A stretch of 64,000 bases of DNA from NCBI GenBank assembly GCA_051294375.1, contig CM119269.1:3080026-3144025 (forward strand), read 5' to 3'. This document shows positions 58,835-64,000 of this stretch, piece after piece. Under the pieces are notes generated by a model. It was given only the letters and a program-made list of their open reading frames with translations, had not been told where the DNA came from and did not search any database. The position numbers and the translations under genes are program-made. Each line of letters begins with the position of its first letter. Within the stretch, counting starts at the first letter, position 1. The DNA comes from Paraspadella gotoi. Lineage: Eukaryota; Animalia; Chaetognatha.

Positions 58835-60679
58835 ATGTATCGCCGCCCCAAGTCTCCCCGCCGTTTCTTTCCGCTCTTGACACTCCTGTTGCCCCTACTT
58901 GCCACGCCCACTTTCGCCGTCGACGAGGTCGTCGAAACTTTGCGCCTTCGCCCCGGCGTCGACGCTATTCTCGAGTGTCTTATGCCGATCCCTGTAACGG
59001 AAGAGCAGCGCCGCAGCATCGTCTGGTTCGTGCTGCATCCTGGGGAGAAACGGGAATACGTGGAGTACGACCAGCGGGTCTACAAGAACGAGGATGGCAC
59101 GCTGCTGTTCGCCAATGTTGGGTGAGCAGTTGGGAAAGGGAAAGTTAATTGCCATTCGTAAAAGACAAAGAAAGGAAGCTTTGAGATAATAAGTGTGGCA
59201 GGTATTACTCTATTACAGTCAAGTTATGAATTCTTATTGCACAGACCCTCCGACGAAAAAGGAAACTCTCCTTACGTTTGTACGCTGGACGCCGGAGGCA
59301 GGCACCACTACGGCTACACTCAGTACAAGTTGGTCGTCGAAGGAGCTGACGTCGGGTTTCGAAAGGCTCGTCTTCAGTGGAGCAGCAACGAGACGATAAT
59401 CGCGGGATTGCAGTCGGAACATTCCATAAAGTGTGCCTTTTCAGGTGATTGCGATTTTCAGATGGACCGCGAAGAGTCAGAAGTAGGACCATACTGCTAG
59501 AATTATTTCTTTAATAGTTGGACTGAGAAGCAGGAATCCTCGGTAGTATAGTGGTGAGTATCCTCGCCTGTCGCGCGAGAGACCGGGGTTCGATTCCCCG
59601 CCGGGGAGCGTAATTATATTAAGTTAATTTTGTATCTCTAGATTAGAAGGTCGCCACTCTAATCACTGACCCAATTATTTCCCCATTAGGTTACCCCACA
59701 CCAAAAATAACCTGGCAGAAGATGTCGTATTCAATGACTCAGGATGGCGTGGTATAACACTTGACTTTTCTGAACTAAATCCTACGTGATTGACTTTTAC
59801 AATAACTGCCATACATCTTCATAATTGGTTCCTTCAGGTCGACGGGTTTGGCTTTGAAGAGAAACCCTCTAATTCCGACGACGTTCATCATTTTGTCTTC
59901 GGGAGTCTCGACTACAGAGATTTTGGCTTTTACCGGGTTAGTCAAAGTTTGTTGTTGTTGTCGTCGGCGTCAAGTAGTCATCGAGTCTTCCCTTTCCAGT
60001 GCGTCGGAAATCAGGAAATCGCCACCTTTGACGGGTCAGCCTCGACGATCATCTCCGAGGGAACCGTCTTCCGTGTCGCAGTCGCCGCGCCGCCTCACGT
60101 CTATCCCGAGTTATCGGGCATAATCGGAGCGCCGGTGAGACGTCTTAAATGTCTAAATGAAATATGATTTACCTAATTAATAAAGCCGTAGACAAAAGCC
60201 TAGAAATCTCAAAATAATCGATCTAAGCATATGGAATTTGTGTACAATCCTCGCGCTAGAGGTTTTCCTTGAGACGACTTGTGAAAATTTATTTTAGTTA
60301 TAAAACTTCTCATATCTTAGCCTTTCCTTCGCAATTACAGGACGTGAACGGCACAGTGCTCGTTTCTTGTTTCGCGACCGGCCACCTCTCGCCCTTCGTT
60401 GAACTTCTCAAAGACGGCGTCAAACTTTTGAGCCAAGAAGAGTCGAAACTTTCGACCCGGCGCTTGACGCCTTATGACGATTTAGCGCCGGTGCAACTAA
60501 TGACGCGAGTAACGCCGCCCACTAACGTTAGCGCCTTCTACTTATGCGGGGCAATCAACGACGCCGGGTCTCACACGTTTGGCTTCAAGACCGAGGTCAG
60601 CGGCGCCGGCGGAATCGGCGATGGCGCCGGGGTTATGGTCGTGATGGTTTCGGCAATGGTGGCGGCGTTGTTGTGTTGA
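58835..60679 (+). CDS. Secreted three-Ig-domain cell-surface protein with probable GPI-anchor signal, 6 exons
   Basis: Signal peptide FFPLLTLLLPLLATPTFA; Ig1 (LEC..W..GTLLFANV..YVC), Ig2 (IKCAFS|GYPTPKITWQK..DFGFYR|C), Ig3 (VSCFATGH..FYLCGAINDAG); terminal hydrophobic VMVVMVSAMVAALLC* with no cytoplasmic tail. Confidence 0.85.
59537..59608 (+). tRNA. trnD: tRNA-Asp(GTC), intronic
   Basis: TCCTCGGTAGTATAGTGGTGAGTATCCTCGCCTGTCGCGCGAGAGACCGGGGTTCGATTCCCCGCCGGGGAG folds into a full cloverleaf with A and B boxes and anticodon GTC; T4 run about 20 nt downstream. Confidence 0.96.
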
Positions 60680-61125
60680 CGGCCGGCGTGCTGAGAGGGT
60701 TGGAGGTATTAATCTTCGAGCTGGCTGTAGTTTGTGATAGTTCACGAAGCTGCAACCATTAAAAAGAAATAGAATCACTTATGATTTTACATAAGTAGTT
60801 CTAAAATTACTTTTTTGAAGGAAGAATTTGTCGTTCTTCCTTCTCGGCGAGACGGCTGTTGGAGAGAAAACAATTTTCTCGATGGGCGAAAAACAAAACG
60901 AAAAAAAAAAAAAAAACTTCAAACGTCATATACAGTGTGATGTATTTATATGAGAACAAAATTGTATATAAAAACAATGCGATGATAAATTAATAATTGC
61001 TGATGAACGACACACGCTGCTATTCCAAGCTTTTAATGAGGCGTGAAGAGAACGCATCTCCATGTAAAGCATTCGAAAAAAAAAAATAATAAATTCGCTG
61101 GCAAGCGCATCAAAAGATATCTTCG

Positions 61126-64000
61126 TCATAAAAAGGGTTCGCTTCCGTTCCAATAAATTGCGGCACCTTTCCACCTGAAATTAATAAGTTAATTTTAATA
61201 AAAAAAATCACTTCGCATTATACTATTTTACGTTCTCGTAACTTTGTTAAATGTCCAATTTTGTGACAAGTGACACGGCAAAAGCTTTTCTTCACGAGCC
61301 TTATTTTTGAAACTGCCATGTTTAAAAGCTTGGACTATTCTGTATTAATACTCGCCCCCCCTCCCCTTAATCCCTACTTGGTTCTGATGACATGGTCTAT
61401 CGGTGGAACCAGCTCCCTTTCGTCCTCCGGTCTGAAGTGGCCGTTGGTGGTGTCAATTGTCAATCGAATCTCTGCTTCCTGAAAAAAAAATTACCAAAGA
61501 TTTTTACTTTTTTACGCGTGGGTTTCTGGGTTTATTTTGGTTTCTTACGTTTTCCTTGTGTTTTCCTTGTTTTGTTTTACAATAAAATTGTTTTAAAAAA
61601 ATTATCCATGGTGTGATAATCCTTTTTTTCGTGGTTATTGAGTTAGTAGAGAAAAACAAAGTTTTTAATGAATTTTGCAACGAATTTATTTATTTTAATT
61701 CATTAAAAACTTTGTTTTTCTCTACTAAAAAACTTATCTAAACAAAAAAAATCCAACAGCAATTTAAACGGTCGTAAGTTGCTTTTCCGGGAAAATATTC
61801 TCTCACCTGATTGGCTAATCCGTCGAAGTAGTACAGATCGAAGCGTCGTTCAGCCTTCCAGTTGGACACAAGTTCTCGATTCAAGCAAAACAAAACGGAG
61901 AAGTGCGACTCCGAACAAACAACCCAAATAGGACACTGAGGAGTTTTGTAAAACGTGCCCACCTAGAAAGTTAACATAACATTGAATAACGTTCAAAAAT
62001 AAAAAAACGCAACTAGTTACTTTAGAACCAAATAAAAAAAATTTGTTTCGTTTGTAGAAAACGTATTAAGCTTTTGTTTTCAAAGAAAAAAACGTATAAT
62101 TGCTAATAATTTGTTTGCCTAAACTAAATTGAATATAAAAAAATTAATTCGAATGCAAGGACAAGATAAGTGGAAAACTTTTATAACATTAGTCAAAAGA
62201 ATTTATCATTCTTTATTCTTTCACAATCGTCCGTAATCTGCATTAATTATTTCAATATCTTGAAATTTCTAACATTTAACTATGTTAGACAAAATAGCGT
62301 TAAAAAGCTCTTTCTTATTAAATTAACTTATACAAATTCATCTCCCAACCATTCAAGTGCCACGCTTCCGACTTCATTCTTGTAATATATATATATAATT
62401 ATTATTATATATATTATATATACTATCAAACGAACCTCGCAACTCCTGTAGTGTTCGAAGAGTGAGAGGAGGCCGATCGCATTCTGCTTGACGAGCCCCT
62501 TGAGCTGAAGGCAATCCTCCGTGGTAGGGTCGCCCAACTCGACGACGTGATTGTGGACGTTGGAGACGGCGGCGCCGGAGAGGAGAAGGTTGACCATCTC
62601 TAGGCTGCAGTAGGAGTGCTGGCCCATCAATTGGGAGTTGGGGTCGTCGAAGTCGGCGCGGACTCTGTGGTGGTGGGGGTGGTCATTTCAAATTTTAAAA
62701 CTCATTAACAAAATCAAAGTATTGTGTTATTAAAAAAACTAATATCATGTTTAACATTAATTTGAAAAAAAATAATAGATTTATACTTGCGTTTACTATC
62801 TTTTCATAAGTATTTTTAAAATTTACGATTATATTTTCTAATTAATGAATATTTTTTTTAAACAATATTTTTGTGTTAATTCTCTCTTTTCGTTGTGTTT
62901 TGTTAATTAAAGAAAACAAAAAGTTTTTAATTGGAAACGACGATTTCATTATTTTTATAGCAAATAAAATTGTTGTTGCCAATTATAAAAACTTTAAAAA
63001 CAATATTTTTTTCCTAATAAAGAGACGTTTTGCCACAGCGTCGAACCGTTTCACCCGAAGACTCACTTATCGATCCCCCGCGACAGGACGGCGCTGTAGA
63101 GCAGGACGACGACCGAGGGATATCCGTTGATGACGAGGTTGGTCTCGCAAAACGTCCGCAGAAAGTTGAAGAGGTTGACGGGGTCGTCGAACTCGTGGAG
63201 GTTGAGCGTCTCCGTGAGTCCGTCGTTGACGAAACCCGGCGCGTGATGGAAGTGGCCGCTCGAGGTGGGCGCGGCCACGATGGCGCCGCGCTCTTCTCCG
63301 GCGCGCCACAAGATCCAGGCGAGGGCGCGAGCTAGGCGATCAAGACGAGCGGAAGGGTCGGAGGCCGTCGCTTGGAAGCTGGTGGAGGAGGAGTTGGGGA
63401 GATGGAATGTTATGAGAGTTTTTTAAATCCACCCTCCTCCCTCCGGTATAGTACTCACTACTCACCCCCTCCACCCTTTCTTCCATCCTTCATCCTCGCC
63501 GAACAGCATTTCCCGCAGCAGCGCGGCCTGCAGCGCGGCCAGCACCCCGCATGGTCCGCCGCGCAGCTGGATGATGCCGTACTGAATGCCGAGTCGCTCG
63601 TGAAACGTGAAGGCTTGGAGGCGCCACTCGTCGGGAAAGGCGTTGGGTTTCGGGGGTGCCGATCTCACGGGGCCGAAGATGATGGCTTTGAGATTCTTTG
63701 GAGGGAAAGTGGACGAAATATTGGTGGTTGGTTAATGATTATGGTTTTACGAAGTAAACGATGAGAAAAATGAATAAAGAATATCCGGGGAAAACTGGAG
63801 AAATAATACATACTTATACATTATACAATACATTATACAATATACAATGTACATTAATAAAGAACGAAAGTTAACGAGGCACGGACGAAGAATAATTCTT
63901 ACCCTCGCCACCGCTTCGTCGATCGGCGTCACGTTCCTGGCCAACGGCGTCGCCAAGAAGCGCCGCGGCGCCGCCAAGGCCGCCCTGTCGACGTCGTCGA
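61126..64000 (-). CDS. MINDY4: Deubiquitinase MINDY-4 (FAM188B)-like, 5' part outside window
   Basis: [19 protein letters not shown] (catalytic Cys), [56 protein letters not shown] (catalytic His), [22 protein letters not shown]|[15 protein letters not shown]. Confidence 0.92.

Overview
Gene-dense eukaryotic (animal) genomic scaffold with GC-rich exons, short AT-rich spliceosomal introns, many (GA)n/(GAC)n microsatellites and several N gaps. The style is compatible with a non-bilaterian such as a sponge, but the taxon cannot be fixed from sequence alone. Gene models were spliced by hand. Recognisable genes: ARID4 (-), WTAP (-), two divergent LicD/fukutin-family transferases (-), SET (-), BDH2 (-), a divergent Hippo/MST kinase with SARAH domain (+), a 3-Ig GPI-anchored protein (+) hosting an intronic tRNA-Asp, and MINDY4 (-, 5' truncated). 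Unassigned genes include a single-exon secreted prepro-protein with a cationic (GRP)n C-terminal peptide, a PPxY-bearing membrane protein and a coiled-coil orphan. Non-coding highlights: a small family of Penelope-type minimal hammerhead ribozyme motifs, an inverted pair of Helentron/HINE-like elements, a MITE-like foldback, a probable NMD-type alternative isoform in the last WTAP intron, two GC-AG introns and frequent AAG acceptors.
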